Shown in pieces: positions 46,278-55,040 of a DNA stretch of 62,976 bases. Under the pieces are notes generated by a model that made no database searches, was not told where the DNA came from, and saw nothing but the letters and a program-made list of their open reading frames with translations. The position numbers and the translations under genes are program-made. Position 1 is the first letter of the stretch, and each line of letters begins with the position of its first letter. Source of the stretch: Candidatus Doudnabacteria bacterium (lineage in GTDB: Bacteria; Patescibacteriota; Doudnabacteria; UBA920); NCBI GenBank assembly GCA_020850635.1, contig JADZEH010000015.1, forward strand, positions 1-62,976, in the 5' to 3' direction.

Positions 46278-46360
46278 GTTCTGGCCTCCTTGTGGCTCCC
46301 GCGAGCTGTGATTTTATCCCTAAGGATAGTATACTATAATTGAAATTTTAAGATTTGTCC

Positions 46361-46972
46361 ATGCCTTACAAGAAGAAAACAACAGATGCGGTCATTCCCA
46401 AAAAAGGATTAGTCATTTGTCACATTGGTGATGGCAAAGGCAAAACAACCGCGGCCATGGGTCTAGCCGCCCGTGCCAGTGGTGCTGGTTTAAACGTTTA
46501 CATTTTACAGTTTGTTAAAGCCAAGAAAAAAGAGACAAGGGAGCCTGGCGAATGGCCACTTTCAAACGAGATAGAGTTTTTCAATGATGTAAAAATTCCT
46601 AAAGGCATGGGTCAAATTGTAACAGAACAAGTAGGCCAAGGTTTTGTGGGTATTTTAGGTGATCGTAAACAGCGTGACGCACATCAACGTGAAGCTTTGA
46701 ATGGTTTAGAGATGGCGCGAAATATTTTACTTAAAAACGAATACCAAGTTGTCATTTTAGACGAGATCCTTTCAGCGGTTGAATTAAATTTGCTTAATGA
46801 GCAAGACATCCTCGACCTCATTGCGATCAAACCCGAGATGATCCACTTAGTTATCACTGGTCATGAAAAGCGCAAAGCTATTGTGAAAGCGTGCGACTTA
46901 GTTACTGAGATGAAGTTAGTGAAGCACCCTTACTACGATGGCGTTCTTGCACAGAGGGGGATTGATTTTTAA
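46361..46972 (+). CDS. cobO: ATP:cob(I)alamin adenosyltransferase (CobA/CobO/BtuR family)
   Basis: P-loop GDGKGKTTAAMG and VILDEI. ATG at 46361; a TTG at 46355 is an alternative start. Confidence 0.85.
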   Translation: MPYKKKTTDAVIPKKGLVICHIGDGKGKTTAAMGLAARASGAGLNVYILQFVKAKKKETREPGEWPLSNEIEFFNDVKIPKGMGQIVTEQVGQGFVGILGDRKQRDAHQREALNGLEMARNILLKNEYQVVILDEILSAVELNLLNEQDILDLIAIKPEMIHLVITGHEKRKAIVKACDLVTEMKLVKHPYYDGVLAQRGIDF

Positions 46973-47009
46973 ATTTAGAGTCATATACTAAGAGTAGAAA
47001 TATACACCT

Positions 47010-47132
47010 ATGAAATACACACTCGTTTTATCACTACTTGGTTTGTCACTTCTTGCCGCAGGGTGCGTGAAGCAGGGTTCACCGCTTGCTGAAGAAGCGC
47101 CTCTAGAAGTTCAACAGCCAGTTACAAAGTAA
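47010..47132 (+). CDS. Small putative lipoprotein, 40 aa
   Basis: MKYTLVLSLLGLSLLAAGC has a lipobox-like motif. Below the ORF-track length cutoff. Weak SD. Confidence 0.4.
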   Translation: MKYTLVLSLLGLSLLAAGCVKQGSPLAEEAPLEVQQPVTK

Positions 47133-47137
47133 TCAGG

Positions 47138-47362
47138 ATGATAGTTAAAGTCGTGGTCCATCCGAAATCGAAGCAACCCCGCATTCTGGAAGACGATGCG
47201 GGTGTTTTGCATGTCTATGTAAGTGAGATACCGGTTGGTGGTAAGGCTAATGATGCTGTACGAAAAGCCTTGATAAAACATTTTGATACGGAACGATGGC
47301 GAGTGACTTTATTGAAAGGCCATTTAAGTAAGCACAAGCAGTACGAGATAGTCCTTGATTAG
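47138..47362 (+). CDS. DUF167 (YggU) family protein
   Basis: VHPKSK...GGKANDAVRKALIKHF...V.LLKGH.SK.K pattern. Confidence 0.7.
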   Translation: MIVKVVVHPKSKQPRILEDDAGVLHVYVSEIPVGGKANDAVRKALIKHFDTERWRVTLLKGHLSKHKQYEIVLD

Positions 47363-47419
47363 TTGGCAGTGATGTGATAGAGTGTGATGTCGAAGAACAA
47401 CCGTGGGGAGGATAGCAAG

Positions 47420-47551
47420 ATGGAAGAGCGGTATCGAAGGGTAGTTCAGGGGGTACGCCGAGTTACGACGGTAGAAGTCATCAAAATCGTGGTGTACGTG
47501 GCTTTGATAGGCACCCTACTGCTGTGGATCTGCCTGCCGGAGCACTGGTAG
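47420..47551 (+). CDS. Tiny membrane peptide, 43 aa (cassette G, first ORF)
   Basis: GGGGAGGA lies 7 nt upstream of the ATG. Arg-rich N-terminus followed by one TM helix. Below the ORF-track cutoff. Confidence 0.45.
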   Translation: MEERYRRVVQGVRRVTTVEVIKIVVYVALIGTLLLWICLPEHW

Positions 47552-47576
47552 GCATCTGCTGGCAAGGGAGGATTAC

Positions 47577-47789
47577 GTGAAGAAGAATGAGGAAGTGTTG
47601 ACTTTGGGACTCAGAGTCCTTTTGGCGTTCATCGTCGTGATGTGGGTCCTGCTCATGTTCAAGAGCTGTTCTCACCCAAGTGGGCGGATGCCCAGCACGT
47701 TTCTGGTCGTTTCTGCGATCAACAGCCGGCCAGTGGTTACTCAACCACTGGCCGTATTTATTTGCGTAAACCATCGAAATATGATATAA
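47577..47789 (+). CDS. Small membrane protein, 70 aa (cassette G, second ORF)
   Basis: GTG start with AAGGGAGGA upstream. One TM helix (LRVLLAFIVVMWVLLMF). Confidence 0.45.
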   Translation: MKKNEEVLTLGLRVLLAFIVVMWVLLMFKSCSHPSGRMPSTFLVVSAINSRPVVTQPLAVFICVNHRNMI

Positions 47790-47877
47790 TACCTGTATGA
47801 AAAATCTGTTGTCACAAATTTTCGTCCATACCCAGCCTCTCGTGTAGAGGTTCTTTGAGTTGTTACAGAAACACCCA

Positions 47878-47901
47878 AAGCCTCTACAGAGAGGTTTTTT
47901 T
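47878..47901 (+). terminator. Intrinsic terminator between cassette G and hisS (possible hisS leader attenuator)
   Basis: CCTCT-acag-AGAGG followed by TTTTTTT. Confidence 0.6.
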
Positions 47902-47957
47902 GTTTGCCTAGTTCCAGAGAGTAACTATTAAATGGTATGATATACGAAAGGAAATCT

Positions 47958-49184
47958 ATGACTAAAATTGAACCACGAACTTTAAAAGGCTTTCGCGACT
48001 TTGGACCAGAAAAACAAATGGCGCGCCAAGCTTGGTTTGGAAAAATCCAAAACGTTTTTGAAAGCTTTGGGTTTTTACCTATGGCCACACCCGTGCTCGA
48101 GTACAAAGAGATCTTGATGGGGAAGTATGGTGAAGATGAAAAGTTAGTTTACAGTTTCAAAGATAATGGTGATCGTGATGTAGCGATGCGTTACGATTTA
48201 ACTGTGCCACTTGCTCGATACATTGCGGAGAATCAAGGACGTTTAGTCTATCCATTCAAGCGTTATCAGATTGCGCCAGTGTGGCGGGCTGATAATCCTC
48301 AGAAAGGACGCTTCCGTGAATTCTATCAGTGTGATATTGATGTGGTTGGAAGTACCGCTGCTTTGTCTGACGCCGAAGTGATTGCATGTTCGGCTAAAGC
48401 TTTGGAAGCTGTGGGTTTGTCTGATTACAAAATTCGTTTGAACGACCGTCGTAACTTTGAAGTCTTTGGTGAAAGTGCATCCGATATTATTCGCTCTATC
48501 GATAAGTTCGACAAGATTGGTCTTGATGGAGTTGTATCTGAACTTGAAAGCAAGGGTGTTAGTGCTGACAAAATTGCGACCGCAAAACAGATTATGGAAG
48601 GTAGTGCGAGCTTGCAGTACGCTGAACAGCTAGAGAAGTTACGTGCCGATATAATCAAGCTGGGAATTAGTGAAGTCAATATCGTAATAGATCCATCAAT
48701 TGCTCGTGGCTTAGATTATTACACGAGCACAGTGTTTGAAATTGTTATCCCAAGCATGCCAGAGTTCGGTAGTGTCTGTAGTGGGGGACGATATGATAGC
48801 TTGGTAGACCAATACTCTGAACAATCTGTACCAGCAGTTGGTGGTAGCATAGGTGTTGATCGTTTGTTTGATGCCCTAGCGGAAAAAGGTGAAGCTAATA
48901 CAGAGTCGGTTGTAAAAGCCTTGATCATCAACTTTGATGAAGCGCTTCAAGATGAGTACACCGCTCTTGCGACCAAACTTCGTGCCCAAGGAATTGCGGT
49001 TGAGCTCTATTACGAGCCAGTAAAACTCGACAAACAGTTTAAGTATGCCGAGAGCAAGCAGATTCCTTACGCCATTGTCATGGGCACTGATGAGCAAGCT
49101 AAGGGCGTGGTCAAGCTCAAAAACATGCAAACTCGTGAGCAAGTGGAATGTTCTGAAGAAGAATTGATAAAAACTTTAAGTTAA
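47958..49184 (+). CDS. hisS: Histidine--tRNA ligase
   Basis: Motif 2 RFREFYQCDID, motif 3 GGRYD, and an anticodon-binding domain. Start set at MTKIEPRTLKGFRDF. Confidence 0.93.
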   Translation: MTKIEPRTLKGFRDFGPEKQMARQAWFGKIQNVFESFGFLPMATPVLEYKEILMGKYGEDEKLVYSFKDNGDRDVAMRYDLTVPLARYIAENQGRLVYPFKRYQIAPVWRADNPQKGRFREFYQCDIDVVGSTAALSDAEVIACSAKALEAVGLSDYKIRLNDRRNFEVFGESASDIIRSIDKFDKIGLDGVVSELESKGVSADKIATAKQIMEGSASLQYAEQLEKLRADIIKLGISEVNIVIDPSIARGLDYYTSTVFEIVIPSMPEFGSVCSGGRYDSLVDQYSEQSVPAVGGSIGVDRLFDALAEKGEANTESVVKALIINFDEALQDEYTALATKLRAQGIAVELYYEPVKLDKQFKYAESKQIPYAIVMGTDEQAKGVVKLKNMQTREQVECSEEELIKTLS

Positions 49185-49202
49185 CTTGATCTTTAGTTCT
49201 GT

Positions 49203-49235
49203 AAAATAACCTCGCTATTAAAGCGAGGTTATTTT
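49203..49235 (+). terminator. Intrinsic terminator abutting the comEC start
   Basis: AATAACCTCGCT-attaa-AGCGAGGTTATTTT. Confidence 0.7.
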
Positions 49236-49236
49236 A

Positions 49237-50703
49237 ATGCGACTCACCAAAAGCCGGGTTTTTGTAATTGGTTGCTTAGGATTTAGCGGAGGAGTGTTCG
49301 CTGGATCTTATACCTACATACATAACTTTTGGGCGTACTGTGTCATTGCTGTTTCGCTGTTTTTGTTGTTGCTATGTTTTCGCACGGTGTTTGTTTTGCT
49401 TCCAATTATTTTGCTTTGCGCATCATTGGGCACCATGCGAATTAATAGTAGTTACGAGAATAATGAGTTTGCGAGTTTACTTTTGGAAAAACAAAAGTTT
49501 GAAGGAGTAATAGTTTCTGATGTCGACAAGCGACTTGATAAACAGTTGCTTACAGTGAGGCCAGACGGTGCTAAGCAAAACGTTCTCATTACCACTACAC
49601 CTTACACCGAATATTTTTATGGTGATCGTTTACTAGTCACAGGAAAAATTACAGAAGCTAAATCATCGGAAGATTTTGATTACAGGAAATACTTAGAGCG
49701 GTACAATACGTATGGTCTCATGTACCGCCCAAAAATTATCGTGTTGAAAAACCATGAAGCCAGCGTGGCGCAGGAAATGTTGTTTCGATTCAAGTATTAT
49801 TTCGCCGAACGTCTAGCTCAGTTCGTTCCCGAGCCCAAGCAAAGTTTGCTACTCGGTATTTTGATCGGCGCGCGTAAGACTTTACCCGCAGATGTCCTCG
49901 AAACGTTTCGTGTTACTGGTATTAGCCATATCATCGCGGTCTCAGGTTACAACATCAGTATTATAGTAGTGGCTTTGGAGAAGTTGTCGCGCTTCGTTGG
50001 TAGGAAAGCGAGCTTAATCATTTCTGTTTTGATAATCATCGGGTTTGTTATTCTGTCTGGCGCCTCGAGTTCTGTGGTTCGGGCCGGAGTTATGGGTTGT
50101 CTATTATTGGGATCATATAGCGCTGGCAGGCTTTACTCCATAACTCCGGCCCTCCTTGGCGCCGGCTCATTAATGATCATGGTCAATCCAAGAATTTTGT
50201 ATTGGGACGCCGGCTTCCAATTATCATTCTTGGCAACAATAGGCATTGTTTACGTTTTACCACTCTTCGAATTATTTACTGAGAAGATTCCCGATATAGT
50301 TAGCATCAAATCGTATGTGATATCAACCTTAGCTGCGACAGTTGCCACATTGCCTTTGTTGTTACTTCAATTCGGTACTTTAAGCATCGTGGCGCCGCTT
50401 GCAAACGTGGCAGTGCTCCCCGTAATTCCGTTAACCATGCTTTTTGGTTTCCTCACGAGCTTGCCGATTGTCGGTGGGGGTTTTGGCATGCTGGTTAGTT
50501 GGCTTTTGGGATATATTTTAACTGCCAGTTCCAAGTTGTCACAACTGCCTCACGCTAGTATGCAAGTGGCTATCTCAACACCAGTCTTTGTGGTCTCATC
50601 GACGGCGATAATTATCGTCATCGCACTGCTAAGATATCGCTTTAGGGCGCGCTTGAACGATCAGCTTCCGCATGATACACTACCTGCACACATTAACACC
50701 TAA
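49237..50703 (+). CDS. comEC: DNA internalisation channel ComEC/Rec2 (no metallo-beta-lactamase domain)
   Basis: DUF4131-like N-terminus plus the polytopic competence domain (ISHIIAVSGYNISI). Confidence 0.85.
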   Translation: MRLTKSRVFVIGCLGFSGGVFAGSYTYIHNFWAYCVIAVSLFLLLLCFRTVFVLLPIILLCASLGTMRINSSYENNEFASLLLEKQKFEGVIVSDVDKRLDKQLLTVRPDGAKQNVLITTTPYTEYFYGDRLLVTGKITEAKSSEDFDYRKYLERYNTYGLMYRPKIIVLKNHEASVAQEMLFRFKYYFAERLAQFVPEPKQSLLLGILIGARKTLPADVLETFRVTGISHIIAVSGYNISIIVVALEKLSRFVGRKASLIISVLIIIGFVILSGASSSVVRAGVMGCLLLGSYSAGRLYSITPALLGAGSLMIMVNPRILYWDAGFQLSFLATIGIVYVLPLFELFTEKIPDIVSIKSYVISTLAATVATLPLLLLQFGTLSIVAPLANVAVLPVIPLTMLFGFLTSLPIVGGGFGMLVSWLLGYILTASSKLSQLPHASMQVAISTPVFVVSSTAIIIVIALLRYRFRARLNDQLPHDTLPAHINT

Positions 50704-50706
50704 CAC

Positions 50707-51420
50707 ATGCCAAACAAAAACATCGTTGTCAGTTTAATTATTATTCTAGTGATTGTTGGAGCTTGGGGTCTATACAAGATAAACACTAAGTCAGAAGAGC
50801 CCACTCAAGTTGCAGACAACACTAACACGGAGAAAACTGTGCCTGAAGAACAAAACAAGTTAGGCTGTACTCGTACCTTTGATCAGAGCATTTTAGATAC
50901 AGCTAAAGTTGATATCAAAAACAAGTTTGTGACGATGAACGTTAAAGGTTTTGGTGAGATTAAAGTTCAGCTTTATGATCAAGACGCACCGAAGACCGTT
51001 GAAAACTTTTTGCGACTTACCAACGCTAAATTTTATGATTGTATGACATTCCACCGTGTGGCCAAGAACTTTGTGATTCAGGGTGGTGATCCAACTGGAA
51101 CGGGTAGTGGGGGACTCAGCGCTTTTGGTGGAGAGTTTGCTGATGAACTTAACGCTTCCACAGCTAGTTACAAAGCAGGTTATGCCAAAGGTGTTCTCGC
51201 CATGGCCAACCGTGGACCAAACACTAATACTAGTCAGTTCTTCATCATGTTAGATGATGTTGAGCTTCCTAAGAACTACACAATTTTTGGTAAGGTTGTG
51301 GCTGGGCTAGACGTGGTTGATAAAATTGGGGCTGTTCAGATTGTCCCTCAGCTTGGTGCTACTGATGGTAGCCCAGTAGAACCAATCGTCATTGAGTCAG
51401 CGGTCATTTCAGACAAATAA
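50707..51420 (+). CDS. Membrane-anchored cyclophilin-type peptidyl-prolyl isomerase
   Basis: FHRVAKNFVIQGGDPTGTGSGG and SQFFI motifs. N-terminal TM helix. Confidence 0.92.
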   Translation: MPNKNIVVSLIIILVIVGAWGLYKINTKSEEPTQVADNTNTEKTVPEEQNKLGCTRTFDQSILDTAKVDIKNKFVTMNVKGFGEIKVQLYDQDAPKTVENFLRLTNAKFYDCMTFHRVAKNFVIQGGDPTGTGSGGLSAFGGEFADELNASTASYKAGYAKGVLAMANRGPNTNTSQFFIMLDDVELPKNYTIFGKVVAGLDVVDKIGAVQIVPQLGATDGSPVEPIVIESAVISDK

Positions 51421-51438
51421 TTTAGATAGGATTAATTT

Positions 51439-52029
51439 ATGCAAAAGATTAAAGAAGAACGAACCTTAGTATTGATCAAACCGGATGGTGTTAAGCGTGG
51501 TTTAACTGGTGAAGTCTTACAGCGCATTGAGCGCCGTGGGTTGAAAGTTGTTGCAATCAAGATGGTGGAAGTTGGTCGTCCTCATTTGGAAGATCATTTT
51601 CCAAAAACTGATGAATGGGTTGGACGCTTGGGTGATAAAGGTTTAAAGACTTTTAATGACTATCAACTTGATCCTAAAGATGTAATGGGCACTGACGACC
51701 GTATGGAAATCGGTAAGAAAGTCAAAGAAAGCTTGTTTGCTTACATGACTAGCGGTCCAATTATCGCTTTAGTCGTCGAAGGTATTCACGCCATTGATAT
51801 GGTACGCAAAGTTGCTGGACACACTTTACCAGTATTCGCTGATATGGGTACAATCCGTGGTGACTATAGTGTTGATAGCCCAGCTGTGGCTAACGTTGAA
51901 GGTCGTGCAATCTACAATATTATGCACGCTTCCGAAACTCCAGAAGAAGCTCAGAACGAAATTAACTTGTGGTTCAAGCCAGAAGAGATTCATATCTACA
52001 AGCGTGCTGACGCTGACGTCATGTTCTAA
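51439..52029 (+). CDS. ndk: Nucleoside-diphosphate kinase (long form with internal insertion)
   Basis: LIKPDGV, the active-site His in NIMHASE, and an insert of about 45 aa after the first third. Confidence 0.88.
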   Translation: MQKIKEERTLVLIKPDGVKRGLTGEVLQRIERRGLKVVAIKMVEVGRPHLEDHFPKTDEWVGRLGDKGLKTFNDYQLDPKDVMGTDDRMEIGKKVKESLFAYMTSGPIIALVVEGIHAIDMVRKVAGHTLPVFADMGTIRGDYSVDSPAVANVEGRAIYNIMHASETPEEAQNEINLWFKPEEIHIYKRADADVMF

Positions 52030-52060
52030 AAAAAACCGCCGTTGAGGCGGTTTTATTTTT
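52030..52060. terminator. Bidirectional intrinsic terminator
   Basis: AAAACCGCC-gttga-GGCGGTTTT, overlapping the stop codon of the minus-strand gene. Confidence 0.75.
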
Positions 52061-53555
52061 TTCTAAAAAATCTGGGAAGCTTGAAGTCTTGGAGTTTGAG
52101 TTCGCGCACGCGTTGGATAATACCTTTGTCGTGTTCGGTTAAGTAGGCGCGGATTTTGTTACGAGCATTACTTGTTTTCGCCGCCTCTAACCATTTACGA
52201 GAAATTGTCGCCGGTTTTTTGCTTTTGAGAATCTCGACAACGTGTCCTTGGTGTAACTCATCATAAATACTGCCAATCTTACCGTTGATTTTAGCGCCCA
52301 TCATGTAATAGCCAAGGTCGGAGTGAACCGAGAAAGCGAAATCAATCACACTAGCGCCTTTTGGTAAATCTTTCACGTCACCCTTAGGAGTTAAAACGAA
52401 AATGCGATCTTGGAAAAAGTCGATTTTCAAACTTTCCAAGAATTCATCTGGATTGTTAGTTTCTTCTTGCCAGGCGTGGAGTTCTTTGAAGAACGAGGTT
52501 TGTCGTTCGAGTGTATCGCGTTTACCTTGTTCGGTATAAAACCAGTGGGCGGCAATACCACGTTCAGCTTCTTCGTCCATCAAGTCGGTGCGAAGTTGGA
52601 TTTCAAAGACTTTACCAGACTTGTCGAACAGGGAAGTGTGAATGCTTTGGTAACCGTTTGGTTTGGGGGTGGCGATAAAGTCTTTAACGCGTCCTGGAAC
52701 GGGTTGAAAATGTTCATGGACAATGCCCAGAGCGGCGTAACAGTCTGGAGTCGACTTGGTTATGACGCGGAGCGCGACAATATCATAAACTTTACTAATG
52801 TCACCTTCATATTTCTGTAATTTTTTGTACAAAGAATAGATGCGTTTCACTCGTCCAGAAATATCTAAGAATTTTACGCCTTCTAAGTGTAAAATCGATG
52901 ATAATTCTTTTTGTGTTTCCTTTACGCTTTTTTCTCGAACACTAACTTCTTTATCAAGCAAGGTTTTGGTTTCTTCGTATTCTTTGGGCTGAACAATTTT
53001 GAAACATAAGTCTTCAAGTTCATCTTTCCATTTTCCGATACCGAGACGGCCAGCGATAGGGGCGTACATCTCTAAAGTTTCACTAGCAATTTTTATTTGT
53101 TTCTCCTTTGGTAAAAATTCAATCGTGCGCATGTTGTGCAAACGATCAGCAAGCTTGATTAGAATGACGCGCGTGTCTTGACTGGTTGCGATGAACATCT
53201 TACGTAAGTTTTCAACGTAGTATTCATCTTTGCTGTTCAATAAGCGGACTTTGCCCAGTTTGGTTACACCATCAACAAGGGTGGCGATTTCTTCACCGAA
53301 CTCGGTGACTAATTCTTCTTGGGTGACTTGAGTGTCTTCAGTGATATCGTGGAGCAAAGTAGCTACAATCGTTTCGGTATCGGGGAAAATCTGACCTAAA
53401 ATAACCGCAGCCGCAATGGGGTGCGTAATGTATGGTTCACCACTCTTGCGTTTCTGGCCTTCATGAGCTTTTGTGGCAAATTTAAGCGTTTTTTTTATTA
53501 AGCGCTCGTCTTCTTGCGAGAAATTGTGGGGAATCGATTTCAGAAAGTCTTCCAT
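52053..53555 (-). CDS. rel: RelA/SpoT-family (p)ppGpp synthetase/hydrolase (HD + synthetase + TGS; no ACT domain)
   Basis: HD motif HDITEDT, synthetase core (YQSIHTS) and a TGS domain. Confidence 0.9.
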   Translation of the reverse strand: MEDFLKSIPHNFSQEDERLIKKTLKFATKAHEGQKRKSGEPYITHPIAAAVILGQIFPDTETIVATLLHDITEDTQVTQEELVTEFGEEIATLVDGVTKLGKVRLLNSKDEYYVENLRKMFIATSQDTRVILIKLADRLHNMRTIEFLPKEKQIKIASETLEMYAPIAGRLGIGKWKDELEDLCFKIVQPKEYEETKTLLDKEVSVREKSVKETQKELSSILHLEGVKFLDISGRVKRIYSLYKKLQKYEGDISKVYDIVALRVITKSTPDCYAALGIVHEHFQPVPGRVKDFIATPKPNGYQSIHTSLFDKSGKVFEIQLRTDLMDEEAERGIAAHWFYTEQGKRDTLERQTSFFKELHAWQEETNNPDEFLESLKIDFFQDRIFVLTPKGDVKDLPKGASVIDFAFSVHSDLGYYMMGAKINGKIGSIYDELHQGHVVEILKSKKPATISRKWLEAAKTSNARNKIRAYLTEHDKGIIQRVRELKLQDFKLPRFFRKK

Positions 53556-53591
53556 AGATTTAGTATACCGTATTCGATATACTAGTCATAT

Positions 53592-54518
53592 ATGCCTGAG
53601 CTACCAGAGGTACAAACTGTGGTTTCCGAGCTTAATCGGAAATTAAAAAACAAGAAGATTAAATCGGTGCAAGTTTTAACACCGAAGATTATTAGTATTG
53701 GTCCTAACACTGTTTCAAATGTAAGAAGTGTCTCGCCAAAACAGGTTCAGCAGTTTAAGAAGATGCTGATTGGCGACACTATATTGTCTGTGAGACGTCG
53801 CGCGAAGATGTTGATCTTTGATTTTAAAGGTCCTTTGTCGATGCTGGTGCATTTGAAAATGACGGGTCAGTTTATTTACGAAGACGCAAAGCTTCGAAAA
53901 AAGAGTGGAGGCAAGTATCGAATTTTGAATAAGCCAACAGCACCGTTTGTAAAGTTTCCAACCAAACACACTCACGTTATTTTTACGTTCACTGATAATT
54001 CAACTTTGTACTTTAGTGATGTTCGCAAGTTTGGTTATCTCAAAGTTTTAAAAGATACCGAAGTTGATCAAGTCAAAGAACTACAAACGTTTGGGCCAGA
54101 ACCTTTATCTAAAGAGTTTACGTTTCAAGGTTTCAAAGACAAAATTGGCAATCGAAAATCAGTCAGCATCAAACTATTTTTGATGGATCCGAAAGTTGTT
54201 ACTGGTATCGGTAATATTTACAGTGATGAAATTTTATTTCATGCCAAAGTTCGTCCTGATCGCAAAGTCTCGAAGTTAACCAATGCTGAATTAAAAGAAA
54301 TCTTTAAATACATTCCGATAGTCTTGAAGCAAGCGATTAAGTACAAAGGTTCAAGTGTTGGCGACTTTGTTCGTACTGATGGTCAGTGGGGAAGCATGGG
54401 CAAACATCACTGGGTTTATGGACGATACAAGGAGACCTGCAAGAGTTGCGGTACCGACCTCAAACGCGTTACACTGGGAGGGAGAACGGGTACTTACTGC
54501 CCGAATTGCCAAGAGTAA
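53592..54518 (+). CDS. mutM: Formamidopyrimidine-DNA glycosylase
   Basis: MPELPEV N-terminus, H2TH, and C-terminal zinc finger CKSC...CPNC. Confidence 0.93.
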   Translation: MPELPEVQTVVSELNRKLKNKKIKSVQVLTPKIISIGPNTVSNVRSVSPKQVQQFKKMLIGDTILSVRRRAKMLIFDFKGPLSMLVHLKMTGQFIYEDAKLRKKSGGKYRILNKPTAPFVKFPTKHTHVIFTFTDNSTLYFSDVRKFGYLKVLKDTEVDQVKELQTFGPEPLSKEFTFQGFKDKIGNRKSVSIKLFLMDPKVVTGIGNIYSDEILFHAKVRPDRKVSKLTNAELKEIFKYIPIVLKQAIKYKGSSVGDFVRTDGQWGSMGKHHWVYGRYKETCKSCGTDLKRVTLGGRTGTYCPNCQE

Positions 54519-54537
54519 TCATTAGTTAATTTGAACA

Positions 54538-54780
54538 ATGATGGAAGGTGATTTACATAGTGAAAATCAGGGTGAAAATTTAGAAATACGCAATGCAGAA
54601 ATTGATTCTCAGATTGAGCGTTTGAAAGTTGAGCAAAAATCGCTTAACGAACAAATAGCTGTATTAAAAAAGCGGCTCCTAAACAACAGTGTTAAAGGTG
54701 AGCTCGAGTTCCTCCACGAAAGACGTAGAAAAGTTGAAGATAGTATATCTGAACTCTTAGCTGAAAAAGAAAGGTTTTAA
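54538..54780 (+). CDS. Hypothetical coiled-coil protein, 80 aa
   Basis: ORF with host-like composition. Confidence 0.5.
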   Translation: MMEGDLHSENQGENLEIRNAEIDSQIERLKVEQKSLNEQIAVLKKRLLNNSVKGELEFLHERRRKVEDSISELLAEKERF

Positions 54781-54802
54781 AAAAGTAAGTGACCAAGAAT
54801 AT

Positions 54803-55030
54803 ATGGAACAAATGCAAAACCAAACACCATCAGAAAATCCAAGTCAGACTCAGGAGCAAATGCTCCAAGAGATTTTAGAGAGTACGAGGAAGACTAAAAA
54901 TTACATGAAGTGGCAGTTGATTATTACTGTGGCTTTAGTGGTCTTACCACTCCTAGCGACCGTGGCCATCATTCCTTTTGTCTTAAGCGCGGTCAATGGC
55001 ATTTACGATACCTCTGGTTTACTGCAGTAA
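54803..55030 (+). CDS. Hypothetical small membrane protein, 75 aa
   Basis: One C-terminal TM helix. Confidence 0.5.
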   Translation: MEQMQNQTPSENPSQTQEQMLQEILESTRKTKNYMKWQLIITVALVVLPLLATVAIIPFVLSAVNGIYDTSGLLQ

Positions 55031-55040
55031 CCAAAAATAT

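Noticed and set aside
45942-46343. 133-aa plus-strand ORF across cassette F
   Set aside because: It is antisense to two SD-preceded, translationally coupled ORFs and has no SD of its own.
47481-47774. 97-aa minus-strand ORF in cassette G
   Set aside because: There is no SD upstream of its ATG, and the product is hydrophilic and His/Pro/Arg-rich. The plus strand has two ORFs, each with a strong SD. This remains an open alternative until strand-specific data exist.
47790-47957. T-box riboswitch upstream of hisS
   Set aside because: No T-box consensus (AAnnnGGGTGGTACCGCG-like) and no specifier-loop architecture is visible. Only a simple two-hairpin leader is present.
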